This document shows, one piece after another, positions 13,101 to 25,400 of a DNA stretch of 64,000 nucleotides. A program made the translations under genes and the position numbers. Position 1 is the first letter of the stretch; every line of letters starts with the position of its first letter. The DNA is from Yuukianura sp. NJ FZ-2021 (lineage: Eukaryota). The notes below the pieces were generated by a model, which was given only the letters and a program-made list of their open reading frames with translations, ran no database searches and was not told the origin of the DNA. The stretch lies in assembly GCA_046563655.1 (NCBI GenBank), contig CM102288.1, positions 5,022,001 through 5,086,000 on the forward strand. Reading direction: 5' to 3'.

Positions 13101-16100
13101 TTATTTTGTACTTATTTTGTATTATAGCGGGAAGGCCGAGTAACGGTTACTGTAAATTGTGAACTGTGGTCCAGGAACTCTTCTTATCGATTAGAAATCC
13201 GAGAGAAATTTCAAAAGCGAAAACTCATTGCCAAAAGTTGGACAATCAAGTAAGCATAAATCAAACTTTTGTTGTTTTCGTTTGTCATTTCCTGAAGAGA
13301 AAAATCAATCCTTCCTCCATTTCCATTCAGTATAATTTTCCTCGGCCTTTTCCTTTTTATTCAATTTTCAAATCATTCATCAATGCGCTTTGTGTTATTC
13401 AGAATTATTATAAATGCAAAACAATAATAATCTTTCTGGCTTTTGAAAAAGTACTAGGATTTTTTTTCGAAAATTATAGGACAAATAGTCCTTTAAAAAA
13501 AACATCTACTTTTGAAATTTTTACTATCAAAAATTGCGATGCTATATTGTAACATACCATAATTGTTCAAAAGCTTTCTCTGATGTTCACTTTTGAAGGC
13601 AAAATAAAGTTTTCCAAACGGCTAGAAGTTCTTTTGAAGTTGGTCCAAATGCCAAGGTTATTTGTCTGAGAAAAAAAGTGCCTAATTCAAAAAGTTTTGA
13701 CGAGAACGTTAGTAGGAAGAGCGGCAGGAAAGTCGAAGTTTGCCGCTTCACTGATCACTTTCTGTTGCCTTGATCCTAATAGGGTCGAGTGGAGCGAGAG
13801 GTTTGGTCTGACCGTTGCCAAGCCGTCGATATATCCGGAGTGTCGAGGTCGACGGAGTGTCCGTGTAGCAGTGGCTTATCCGGAATGTGTCCTTCCAGCA
13901 AAAGACAAAATCCGTGTCTATGGTTACCAAAGTCTTCCTATTCCTTCACTACTTGTACCATGGCGTCAAAGCTACATCACAGAACAACAAATTCAAACAA
14001 ATAGAAGTGATGGCAAGAACATCTTTTTCCCATGTTCACTTTTTCAACAAAGGTGAAGTTATACACAGCTTGTAAATTCAAAAAAAAAAGATGAAAATAA
14101 TACGTTTTAGTGTTTTACAGAAAAGTTTATTACAATATCTATAAGAATTTGCGATAAATTTTCGTTTTGATGTAAATTTTTATATTATGTAATTTTTTTT
14201 TTGGCTATGATTTATTAGCTTCTCCAAGTACTGTTTCCAGTATGTCAACACTGCTGAAGATGACAGCGTCGCAGTAGTCACTGAGCACTGCATTCCCACA
14301 TTTCCGCCGCAAAAGTTCACAGGTAGTTTGAAGTCTTTGGACATATTGATCTATCTGGAAGTTTGACCTTACGCAAACTTTGACCTGTTGAATTTTCAAG
14401 TTTAACATTTTTGTATTCTGCCATGATGGGAACGTTTGAAATTACTCTGCTTGTCCCTTCACCTTTTGATGCCACATTTTACATTCTGACCTAATCTTAA
14501 ATTTAACGTTTTCGAAATACGAATGTTATGAAAAGGTTGACAATATAAGCATTACCCTTACGACGTTAAGTGAATTTGTTAACTTTTTAATTACATGAAA
14601 GCCTTTTCCCACCATTTGAAGAACTTTAAAATTTTCTCGACGGAAGAAGTTTTGAGCATAAACTTAACGACCATTAGCCCGAGGGCATGCTAATTTTTGA
14701 TATCACGCACAAAGTTCTTATGAAATTTGTTCAATGTTAAAAAGTTTTGAAATTTTCATAAAGATTTTTTTTTATAAGAAAAGCTTTCTAACTTAATTAA
14801 TTCCAAGGTGGGTCTTTAAGAGGTTTGGCAATAGCTCGAGCTCCTAATTTTTTAAGCAAAATTTTCGAAAACGAATTCACCCAAGTTCAGTCGTCGTCGT
14901 TATGGCAATTTGAATTTAAAAAATGGAAAATTAAAAATCCTTCCATGGCTTCCCATGCACTGCTCTGTCAAATGAAACTGGTTTTTCACACTCGTAAACA
15001 AAATTGGTTCCAAATTGGTTCCATTTTTTGTTTTTTTGGCGATTTTTTCAAACATCGAGGTATTGCCTAACCTCTTTAAAGAAGCGTTGCTATAGTAACC
15101 TTGATTAATTCTGTCTACTTTCCGGCTTCAGCTTTTTGCTCATAAAGTAAAAGTTCATCTCCTGCTTTCTCTTTCGCCACATTAGGTTTTATGGGCAGCT
15201 GAATAATGTCCGATAGGCAACTTTTTTTTCAAAGATTTACAGTACTCCGTTTTTTTACTTAAATTTTATCGTTTGGAGAGGAAAAAACAATTTCAAATTT
15301 TCAAATAATTTACTTCCATCAAGAAAATTTGCTGACCATTTTTGTTCAAGATTCAAAGACCGTAAAAACTCAACTCTCAAGAGCATTTTTGCCTAATCTT
15401 GAAAATGAAAGAACAAGAGAAATAGTTTAACAATTTCGAAAGTTCCCACTTGTAATCATCTCTCTTGAGAATAATTGGACAAGACTTTGAACTTTCCCTC
15501 CCCTTTTCCGCTATAATTCCAAGCAACCTAATTGACTGAACTGAATGAATAATGAACTCAGAGCTGTTTTAGTTGTTTCGGTTGAACTAGTTAACACTTT
15601 ACTTAATTTATGAAGATGGCGGCTGGGGAAATTGGTCAGAGTGGAGCCACTGCTCGGCGTCATGCGGCACAGAAGGCAAGCGCTTTCGTTACCGATTTTG
15701 TGATTCACCGCAACCGTCAATCGGCGGAAATTTTTGCCAGGTAAAAACCGATACTATAAGCACCGTGGCTTACTTTTCCGTCGATAACTGCATACCCGTC
15801 TGGAAGTTCCAGCTAATAAGTGTATAAAATATACAAGGTTCCTTGACAACCGAATTGTAATTCCTACAACAGGTTGTCCAATAACTCAGGGTTTCCAGAA
15901 ATCTTACTTCAAATAAATTTCTGCACCAATTCCATCCCATGCAAAAAAAATCACCATTAAAAGGCAGATTTGCTTTTTTCAAAATAATTTTATAACAGTT
16001 ATTGGACAACCTGGTGTAGAAGAAGTTTTTTTTTGTTTACGAACCTTGAAAATATGATTATTCTGCCAACAGGGAGGTTCTATTGAAGAATCGATTTGCA

Positions 16101-18311
16101 CCGATGAAGAAGGAAATCCACTGCCACCGTGCCCCACCTTACCCGTCATTACTGCCACGTCAACATTAGTGGGTTTATTTGACAGTCCAGAAGAGGAGTA
16201 CCCATGGAGGGAAGGCGAGGGAGAGCGGGAGCGGGGGTGGGCTGAAGTGGAGCGGCATCACATGGATGAGCAGCGACGTGGAAGAGGAATGCCGACTTCG
16301 GGCTGCGAGTGTGGTTGCATTCTGCAGGACCTTTTGCCTGGTTTCAATTACACGCTCGTCATTTCACTCACTTCTAATCACTCCGCCTGTGAAGAGGATG
16401 AGGAAGAGCATCATAACCTCAAATGGATTCTCCATGTAAGTCCGTACTTTCACTGTCACTTTTGGGATTAGGCTATGGCCAGGTTTATGTTAGGCTAGCG
16501 AGGTGTCTGGCTTTAAAGTAAATTCACACCTTCAAGTGCCGAGAGAAAGTCACGTCACCACGAACTCCAAAACCACTTGATCACTTGGCTATAAAGAGAG
16601 CTAAGGCACGTCCTGAAACCCGCTGATAATGCTGAGGTCATTGACCTTTCCATTAATTTGTGATCTCATAATCAGTCAGCATTGTGGCATTGTGAGACTT
16701 TTGAATTATTTCAATTTGTTTTTTAAATTTTAGACTAGAGAAGCAAAGGACCGAATTCGATTTCATATTTTGGCGGGAGCAGCTCACTGTGTTGTTCTTA
16801 CTTTTCGAGATGGAAACACGTCGGATGCAAATCTGTTGCAACTTTTTCCAGCTCAAGTATTTAGTTCAAATAGGGAACGAAATGAAGTGCAGACAATCGA
16901 ATCTACTGGTACGTCACTTTCTATTGGTGCTGCAGATGACATGACGCACAACTGTACGTTCCCCTCAATGTACTTTTTGGGCACCTACCACATTCTGGGA
17001 CATTTAGGTACGGAATGAATCCAAATCTTCACACAATTTGTTAATCAACGACTATGAAAGATTAGGGAGTTTGCGTTATAAATAAATTATAGAACTTATA
17101 TAAAGCTTGATAAGCTGATTCAGTTGCGCAGTTTGTGCGCAGTAGCGCAGTTTGTGCGCGGTAGCGCAGTTTGTGCGCAGTAGCGCAGTTTGTGCGCAGT
17201 AGCGCAGTTTGTGCGCAGTAGCGCAGTTTGTGCGCAGTAGCGCAGTTTATGCGCAGTAGCGCAGTTTATGCGCAGTAGCGCAGTTTGTGAATTTGAGTTG
17301 CAATTACTCTCTAATGATTTGAAACGCAAACTCCCTATTAAACAGAAACAGAAATGTCGAAATTTTTGAGTTGTTCCTTTTTCAGATGCGGAACAACAAG
17401 TTTGGAATTGGCGGGAATTTTGGATTTTCGTTTTCCTGAAGTTGAGCCTGTTAGTTTTTGTTGTCGTTGGTACAGTTTCGGTCCTCGGTGGCTGTGCGAA
17501 AAAATTCTACGACTACAAAGAACATAAATGGACGCGTCCAGAGCTAGACGAAGAGGAAGCACAAACTTCTGCGTCCCGAACCACATCTCTTACGTTATTG
17601 CCTTTTGACGCATCTTACTTTCAGCGTCTGCGCCTCAAGCACTTTCTCCTTCACCCTAGGAAGCTCGTTCTGAAAACGCACAAATCACTCCCAAATACTC
17701 CAAATTTTGGCAAGAGACGCAAAATTTTGCGGCTTATTTGCGGAAACCATGGCGGTTCAAATGCCGATCAAAACCGCCTGATCAGGTCCGTCAGTTTATC
17801 CGACACAACGGTGTTGGAGCTACGCTTACCAAACCAAAATCAAACTGCTGTTACGGAATCGCTGGCTTCAACTAATGTAAAGCCCACTGCTTCCACTTCA
17901 ACTGATTTGACTCCCAAAGTGACCTCTGGTGTCGGTAGTGAAATGAACTCACTCAATGACCTTGAAATGGACTACTATGACTACGACATCCAAAATGCTG
18001 GCAATATTCCTGGGTCTTACTTACTAGAGCCCTCTTTTGTGTTCTGGACGGACCCACTCCAAGACTACTCTTTTTCAGAAAATGGCGACCAAGGCATAGA
18101 GCTGATGAACACAAGCACAAGTCAGGGTGGGACGACCAGTTCTAGTATGGGGCTGTTCACACCGGAACCTGCGCGGGAAAGCGACTTTTTCATTAAGGAA
18201 ACATCGTTTGATACGCTAGACGGATATCAAATTAAGTTTGCAGATGAAGAGGATGAAGATGAAGATGAAACCAAGACAATTTCTGAAAATCAAAGAATTC
18301 GTTTGAATTAA
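10113..18311 (+). CDS. gogo: Golden goal / THSD1-like single-pass receptor (GOGO region, TSP1, CUB-like, TM, cytoplasmic YYD motif); start exon not located
   Basis: Exons at approximately 10113-10372, 12160-12525, 13128-13249, 13782-14052, 14219-14322, 15616-15740, 16073-16435, 16780-17010 and 17386-18311. TSP1 sequence DGGWGNWSEWSHCSASCGTEGKRFRYRFCDSPQPSIGGNFC; CECGC/CUB-like segment; TM LLVFVVVGTVSVLGG; tail LEMDYYDYD, matching the YYD motif known from Drosophila Gogo. Confidence 0.85.
15086..15099. promoter_or_regulatory. Second RFX X-box-like site GTTGCTATAGTAAC, in a gogo intron
   Basis: Near-perfect X-box palindrome read directly from the sequence. Confidence 0.35.
15867..16016. mobile_element. 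150-bp Tc1/mariner-like MITE in a gogo intron
   Basis: 20-bp TIRs CAACAGGTTGTCCAATAACT / AGTTATTGGACAACCTGGTG (1 mismatch), flanked by TA on both sides. Confidence 0.7.
17064..17336. mobile_element. MITE (possibly PIF/Harbinger-like) carrying a 19-bp minisatellite, in a gogo intron
   Basis: Perfect 14-bp TIRs AGGGAGTTTGCGTT / AACGCAAACTCCCT, with ATT on both flanks (alternative reading: 13-bp TIR with a TA duplication). Confidence 0.75.
17126..17289. repeat. Tandem repeat, 19-bp unit GCGCAGTTTGTGCGCAGTA, about 8.5 copies
   Basis: Read directly; the antisense ORF translation shows a 19-aa period (3 units). Confidence 0.95.
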
Positions 18312-19184
18312 TTTCGGGTTTTAGGCTAGGTTAATTAAATATTTTATTTTGTTTCTACTTTCCATTTTACGCGTTGAAAATAAAGGAGAATTAAACCGAA
18401 GTTTAGCAAGCATCAAAAACGAAACACTTCAAGTTTAAATGCAAACTGATTCAGGCTTCAGTTTTTGGCAGATTATTTAAATTATGTACCTTACAATTAT
18501 TGCGGTAATCATGGTATACTTGTTTTAAAGGAACGTTTTAAGCATTCCGTTATAAATGTTTTGGACGTATGTTTAAAACAAGGGGTGAATTTACCCCATG
18601 TTTAAAAAACCCGATGAAAAATGCTGCGAGATGGGAAATGTATGTGAATTACTAGCCAGTCTCCATTACCAGCACACACCAAATGAGTTTTTGGCGAAAT
18701 ACAGAATTCAAATCCAGAAACCTGGCCTACTACAAGGTTAAGATGTGGTAATGCGTCTTTGCCGAAACATTAGTTTATTCTAGCATATCAATTGACTAGT
18801 AATTTACCGTTGACAGGAGGGCACATTTAAGTTCCACTAAATGGCCTCATTATCTGAACTAATAGTTATGAGGTCTTGGCGGTTTTTCCGTGGATGAGCA
18901 TAATTTCACAATTTTTAAATTTTTGACACCCAAAGCTAAAAGTACGAACAGAAAACAAATTCAAATTTGTTATATGCCTACATTATTTGTAGACAACAAT
19001 CACCTTTTGAGGTACGATACAATTTATGTATTCCAGTAATACATCAATAAATTTAAAAAACGTCTGTTCTAAAAAAAACTTTTCTACCTTTTAAAATAAA
19101 ACCTGAGGGTTAAATTATAAAAGGTCACCCAGTGGAAATTTTTTTCTTATATTTCTTTTTAATATTGAATTCAACACTTCTCTA

Positions 19185-20726
19185 ATGAACGTGTTATTTG
19201 TTGTGACGCTAGTCACGGTTGTGACAGCTTCAAATGGTAAGCCTACCTTATTGGAAATAATAGGATTTTGACTTGTTTTTTTAGAATGTACAAACTAGGG
19301 CGTAAACTGTTAAAAATAATTTATTCAGGAAAGTGCGAATTTTATGTTATTTTAAACTTGTACGGCTGCTATTTCAGGTTTTATTCTGAAAAATGTGAAA
19401 TCTGGTCACTGTATTAGGGATGGAGATCCAACTAGAGAATATTTTGTATATTTGGTAGAACGATGTGCCCCTTCGTGGTCAAGGTAAGTTATTGGTTCCT
19501 TCTATTTTAGACAGTGTTCAGCTCCAATGTAATATCTAATTAGGCACTGCTTTAGAAGGTATACAAACCGAGTTATATCGTGAGCGCCAAGTAATATACC
19601 AACGCATTCAGATTTTGATTGTTGATGCAACTTCGACGAGCAACTGTGAGGAAAAAAAAATAAATACTTTGCTCAAAACGCTACTTCTGCTACTGTACAA
19701 CACTATTTTTTCCGCCGCTCCTGCCTACGTTCTTATGAAATTTTAAGTCGTCTCTTTGGAAACGAAGTGTTCCATATTAGTTGGTGTACTCCATTACCTG
19801 GCGCTCACTTTATATTCTACACAGCTTGATTGTTTATTGAATCTTTATGCAGTTAAGCCCCGACACAGTTTTCGTTACTTGCGGGACTGGAGGATGGATG
19901 GGAACTGCTTGCCCACCCTTGGAACCAAAATCAGACGCAGGACCACAAGCAGAAATGTGCTTATTCCGATAAAAATAACAGAGGAATCGAACTCGTCTGG
20001 AATACCGGTATAACAACAAAATGAATGTTAATCAATTAAAGTAATCGGGTGAGTTGCGAAGTTGCGATCCGTGACTTACATTTGAAAAGTGGCAAAAATT
20101 CATGTTGTGCAATTTCAAATTTCGTCGAACTGTAACATTTTATATACTTGAACGCTAAAGCGTTTCCTATGTTCCAAATGCGACTCTTCGATTCACAGCA
20201 CATGAACCAATTTTGGACGCTTCGTGTTGATACAGATCTGTAAATACTGCTTTAGCATATATCGAAGGAGAACTACCATATTTTGATTACTTCATTTTCA
20301 AACTTTAAAATTTAAAACCGTATATTTTAGCAAAAAGAATCTTCGTCTCTAATTTGGAATGACTTTCGACTCGTATTTGCTTACTCGTGTTTGATAAATA
20401 GGATATGCAAATTGCAATATACGAAACTGTACTATTACGTATAAATATTGTTTTACTTTCTCGTATAGATTGTGACAATCAGAGCACCTGTCCAAAGTTT
20501 CAGGTTTGAATATTATATTTGATACTCAAATATGTCTAAAATAATTACATTTAACGCATTTTATACTATATTATCTTTATAGTGGACACTGAAAGACATT
20601 GGAAGCAACCGGTACGTCATTGTAAACTCCAACACACGTTGGTGTATGGTACCCGACAGCGGATATCTCTATATAGTCAAAAATTGTGTTGAAACTGACC
20701 CGGCTTTTCAGTGGGTCAAAGGTTAA
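19185..20726 (+). CDS. Small secreted ricin-B/beta-trefoil-like protein; multi-exon, middle exons uncertain
   Basis: Signal exon MNVLFVVTLVTVVTASN followed by a gtaagc donor; exon GFILKNVKSGHCIRDG...ERCAPSW; last exon WTLKDIGSNRYVIVNSNTRWCM...KNCVETDPAFQW* with an N-x-x-S/T-G-x-C and Q-W pattern. Confidence 0.5.
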
Positions 20727-21418
20727 AATCTAATGTTGGTAAAGTAAACATTCACATGCTGTAGGTGTAAATTTTTATTTCTCCAATAATATCCAGCCGT
20801 GGATGAAATGTTGAAAAAGTACATATCCGCCAATTCTGATATTGAGTAATTGTGCAAAATAGTAACCTGCGGTTGCGAGACATGCAACAGGAGTGTTATT
20901 TCTATTTCGAGATGATTGGCATTCTAACTACACTGCAACAGTAATCGAGTACCTGCGGCGGCGGTATCAAGTAGCCACAATTAATTGTGGCTTCATGTTA
21001 ATTAAATCCCTTAATCGTAGGAACTATTTCTTCAAGTTGTTGTGGTTTAACAATGGTTCAGGGAACTTACTAGGAACGGGTCTCATAGAATTGTTTCATA
21101 ACAAATGCAAATTTACTTACAACATACCCTTAACGAATGATGATTAATGAAGCTAATCCAAAGTTTCAAAGCGCATAAATGCAAAAGTAGTTTTTAATTT
21201 CGAAAATTTCAAATCATTAAGGAATTCAAAACGTAAAAATCAGTGGCTTATGTGATCGCAGTAAATTCGCAGTAAAGTACCACAGTCGAGTTAATTTAAC
21301 AGTTTTATTTAGAGTTATTCTTGCTTAAAATTCCAATTATACATTGTCAACAGCTTCCAATGATGTTGGCAACTATTCATGTGTGCTCTCGTAGCACATT
21401 GTTTCAGTTGAAGTTACT

Positions 21419-21916
21419 TCAACCATTGTATGGTGCAGGGCACTTTGGATGTGGTGGGTAGTTGGCACCGCAATAAATATGTGTGGTTGTTGTTGTTCCG
21501 CCTCCATTACCGGTTTGAGGATAGTAATTTTCTTGTGGGGGATAGTAGTTTATTTGTGGGGGATAGTAGTTTTGTTGTGGGGGATAGTAGTTGGTTTGTT
21601 GCTGACTTCCGGCATTACCAGCAAGTCCTGCTCCAAGAGCACCACCAATACCTGCACCAACAAGACCGGCTCCAGCAATGCCTGTCGCAATCGCTCCGCC
21701 TACGATTGCATGACCTTTTGGGAGTAAATAATATAACAAATATTAGCATAGACATTGATTTTACGGTAAAGTGCTGCAGTAGAAACCATTTGATTTGAAA
21801 CAATTTAACTCACAGATAGGCTCAAAAGGGAGGCAACGTTTATGTCGTGCAGCGGGAACAGAGTTTGCTGCAGTTGCAGCGAGCAGAAGAAGAGCAGAAA
21901 TACGGATGAAATTCAT
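21419..21916 (-). CDS. Secreted Gly-rich / (NYYPPQ)n propeptide; 2 exons (21916-21814, 21714-21419)
   Basis: Signal peptide MNFIRISALLLLAATAANS, furin-type site RHKR, CLPFEPIC across a phase-compatible intron, a Gly/Ala zipper, four 21-bp NYYP(P)Q repeats and a C-terminal Cys pair. Confidence 0.8.
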
Positions 21917-22464
21917 GTTGCGTGTGACGAGAAAAAGTCCTGACAAAATTTCCTCTCTCAAGGTATTATATACACAATAGTTACCATGGGGTCTACTTTT
22001 AAAAACTGTGGCAAACCGTTCACATGATACGATAAACCATAATTATTGCTAGTTGCGCAGTGTATTCGATTGCGGTTGCGGGAGGTGTACCAGAAGTGCT
22101 ACTGCATTATTCGATGATTTCAAAAAATTCCAATCATTTGTCTCAGTGAGGTTTCTAACATTTCCGGAACAGTAGTCGAGGTTCGTTACCTGCGGCGACG
22201 AGTATCATTTATTGTGGCTATAGGATGTTAATTAAATCGCTTCCTGGTTGCTTTATTGTAGGAATTCTTTGTCTCAGTTCTTGTGGTCGGATCATTGCTG
22301 ACCACACCTGCCAGGACTGCATTTCAGTGACTCCTATTGTAAAACTCTGAAAATTTAGCTAAAATAATAAATTATATATCTTAAATATATGAAAAATAAT
22401 TAATAAATTAACTGATTTCCAATTCAACGGCGAATGCGTTTGTAAATTTTATTCCCAGTTTTGC

Positions 22465-25400
22465 TCACAATTCCTTTGTTTCTATATAAACAATGCTTTG
22501 TTGTGCGTAGCAAACTCCTTGAAAGAAGTTCGAAAGGTCTCTGAAAGTAGGGCGTAATAGCGGGTCCAAAGCCCAGCAATCCCTCATTTTCTTGTATCTA
22601 GTAAAGAAACAAAATTTAAAAAACTTCAGGATATAAATGATTTTGACTATATAAATTTGTAGTCATTTATATATCGTATGCTTACACTTCTTCAGAAGCA
22701 AACGGAGGGGCAAGTAACCGCTCTCCATTTTTTAATTTTTGTAGAAAATCTGTTGTCCAAATTTCTCCCGGGTAAGGTAGTCGTCCCATGGAGTAAATTT
22801 CCCACAGAGTTACACCATATGACCATACATCGGATTCCGTGGAAAAATTCCTACACTCCAATGACTCCAGTGCCATCCATCGCCATGGCAACGGCTCTCC
22901 ACCCATCTTTACATAATTTGCATAGTTTTCCAATCTCCGTGACAGTCCAAAGTCTGTTATACGGATTGACAGGTCAGAGGCCACCAGAACGTTGCGTGTA
23001 GCTAAGTCAGAGTGTACAATCTACAAATTTACATAAATCCGATAAAACCGATGCCTCACATAATCCGCGTTTTCTGATTCTAAATGCCTCAGTGGACATA
23101 AAATTTTTAAACAGAACAAGCTTAACAATTAAATTTTTAGTGCTTTTTTACCTTTTTGGATGCCAGATAGTTCATTCCCTTTGCAATTTGCAGCGCCCAA
23201 TTACTCTGCATGGCCGATGTGACGCAAGCACAGTTGTCATACTGTTTGGATTTTATTCTAAAAGTAAAAGTTGAATTGTATTTCAAAAATGAAGGAAAAA
23301 AGAAGTTAATTCAATTAGTGTTTCATTACATGTCTAGTTTTGATTCTGCAGAGACGTAACGAGACGTTTGAAGCAACCGCTCCAGACTACCGTTAGGACA
23401 AAATTCGAGGGCAACATAAGCAATGCCATCTTTGAGTTGGCGTGTACTGGCTCCCATCAACCGGATGATGTTTGGATGATGACCAATGTAAATCATCAGC
23501 TTCAGTTCGGTTAGCAAACACTTGAGTTCGTTCTTCCACTCTGTCGCTTGGTTTGCGCATGACTTTGTAGTTTTGAACGCAACTGGCTCAATTTTGTCAC
23601 CAACTTTTACCACCCCTTTGTAAACTATTCCAAACTCACCTTGCCCCAAAATCGATTCACGATCTGAAAATGAACATTGTGTTTTAAATAATTTGTTAAA
23701 CATGTAAACTATAAGAAAAAGTTTTCTTTGTAAATTTTATTTATACGCGCCTTTTTTTTTATCTTACCAATTTCAAAAGCGGTTAAGGCCAACTCATACG
23801 ACGTATCATAGGGTTGTCCGTTTGAAAACTCTTCCACAGTGCAATTCCTTTTATATTTCAAGAACGACGCTTGACCTCTTCTGAACTCTTCAATTTCTTC
23901 GGGAGTTAGACTCGATGCGCTTGATTTCTACCAAAAAAAGTTTAAGTACATGTGTATTTAAAAATATAGTTAAATATACTATAATTCGCGACAATACTAA
24001 ACTATACACTACATACAACATACACCATACCTTGTATTTGCAAAACCAGTAGATGGACAGCATAAAGAAAATGGCAATGACCAGACAAGTAACCAATATT
24101 GGCAAAACATGAAGATTGAAATTGTACAAACCACTTTCTTTGTCAAACACGGGAGATTTGGAAGTGGTTGATGTCGTTTCAAGGTCAATTCTGGTTTTGC
24201 CATCGTCCACGGCGTCATGGACTAAAGGATCGGTGATCATCGGGTCATCAGTTACCACCAGTTCCAATGTAGCATTTGTACTATCAAAGTTTGATTGTAC
24301 AACACAAGTATAATTCCCGGCATCCGATTCGTGTACTTCAAAAATTATCAAAGTTCCATCGAGTTTCGCCAAGCGTGTATCGGAACTAGGGAGGTCCAGT
24401 GCCGTATCACCCTTGAACCAAGTGATTTCCAATGGCCAGTTGTCCTTTGTTGCTTTGCAATGGAACCATATTGGTGACATTGGTTTGGCAAAACGAAGTG
24501 GTTTCCAGTTTTGAATTTGAGTTAGACCTAGAATTCAGTGCTTTCATAAACTTATTTGTAACTTTCACAAATTTGATTAATTATCTCAAATCAACTGCCA
24601 AAATCAACAGGCATAATAGTACTGAAGTCTTTTTTTTTGGGTGCTTACGTTTCACAATGAGATGTATTTCATGTCTTTCCTCATTACACAGCCCTTGTGC
24701 ATGACATGTATAGGTTCCCATGTGTTTGAATCCTACTTTCCTTAGAACCAAATTTGAATCTTCGTCTATTTTGACGCCACTTATCACCTTTCCGTTGTAT
24801 TTCCAGACGATAAATGGCCGTAAAGATTTGGCAACGTTGCATTCCAGTGTATCGTTGCCGTGCTCTAACACGATGTGCACGGACTGCATTGAAGTGGTCG
24901 ATGTGTCCGCTGACATCTGACCTAGTAATTAAATATATCCTTATACATATTTATGTTTTTTAGTTTTTTATATATTTAGATATGTTTATGTATTTTAGTA
25001 AATAAATATTTAACTCATAACAAAATAGTAAGTAAGCAACCCAAGTGTTAAATTTCTGCTTATTTTCCGCTTCAACGTTGCCAATTTTATAAGAACCTTA
25101 CAAATTTCGATGGCGAGTCCACCGCAACCGTTTAGCCTCCCACCGCAACCAAAAGCAAAAATGGATTTCTTCTGCGTAACATACACTGCCGTTAACACGT
25201 TAAACGCCTTTTCAATATTTTTGAAATCAATCGGTTCTACTGTTGCAATTTGCAATTGATTGTGAAAAACCACAAGGTCAAAGGTATTGCTAAAAAAAAC
25301 CGTAAAGCTTCCTATGACAACTGGATTGGAAACAACGTCTTCAACAGGCAGCTTCACCTTCATCACCTCCTTTCTCATGTCAGATGATGTTGGATTCGTA

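Noticed and set aside
17120..17329. 69-aa repetitive ORF
   Set aside because: It is a translation of the 19-bp minisatellite inside a MITE.
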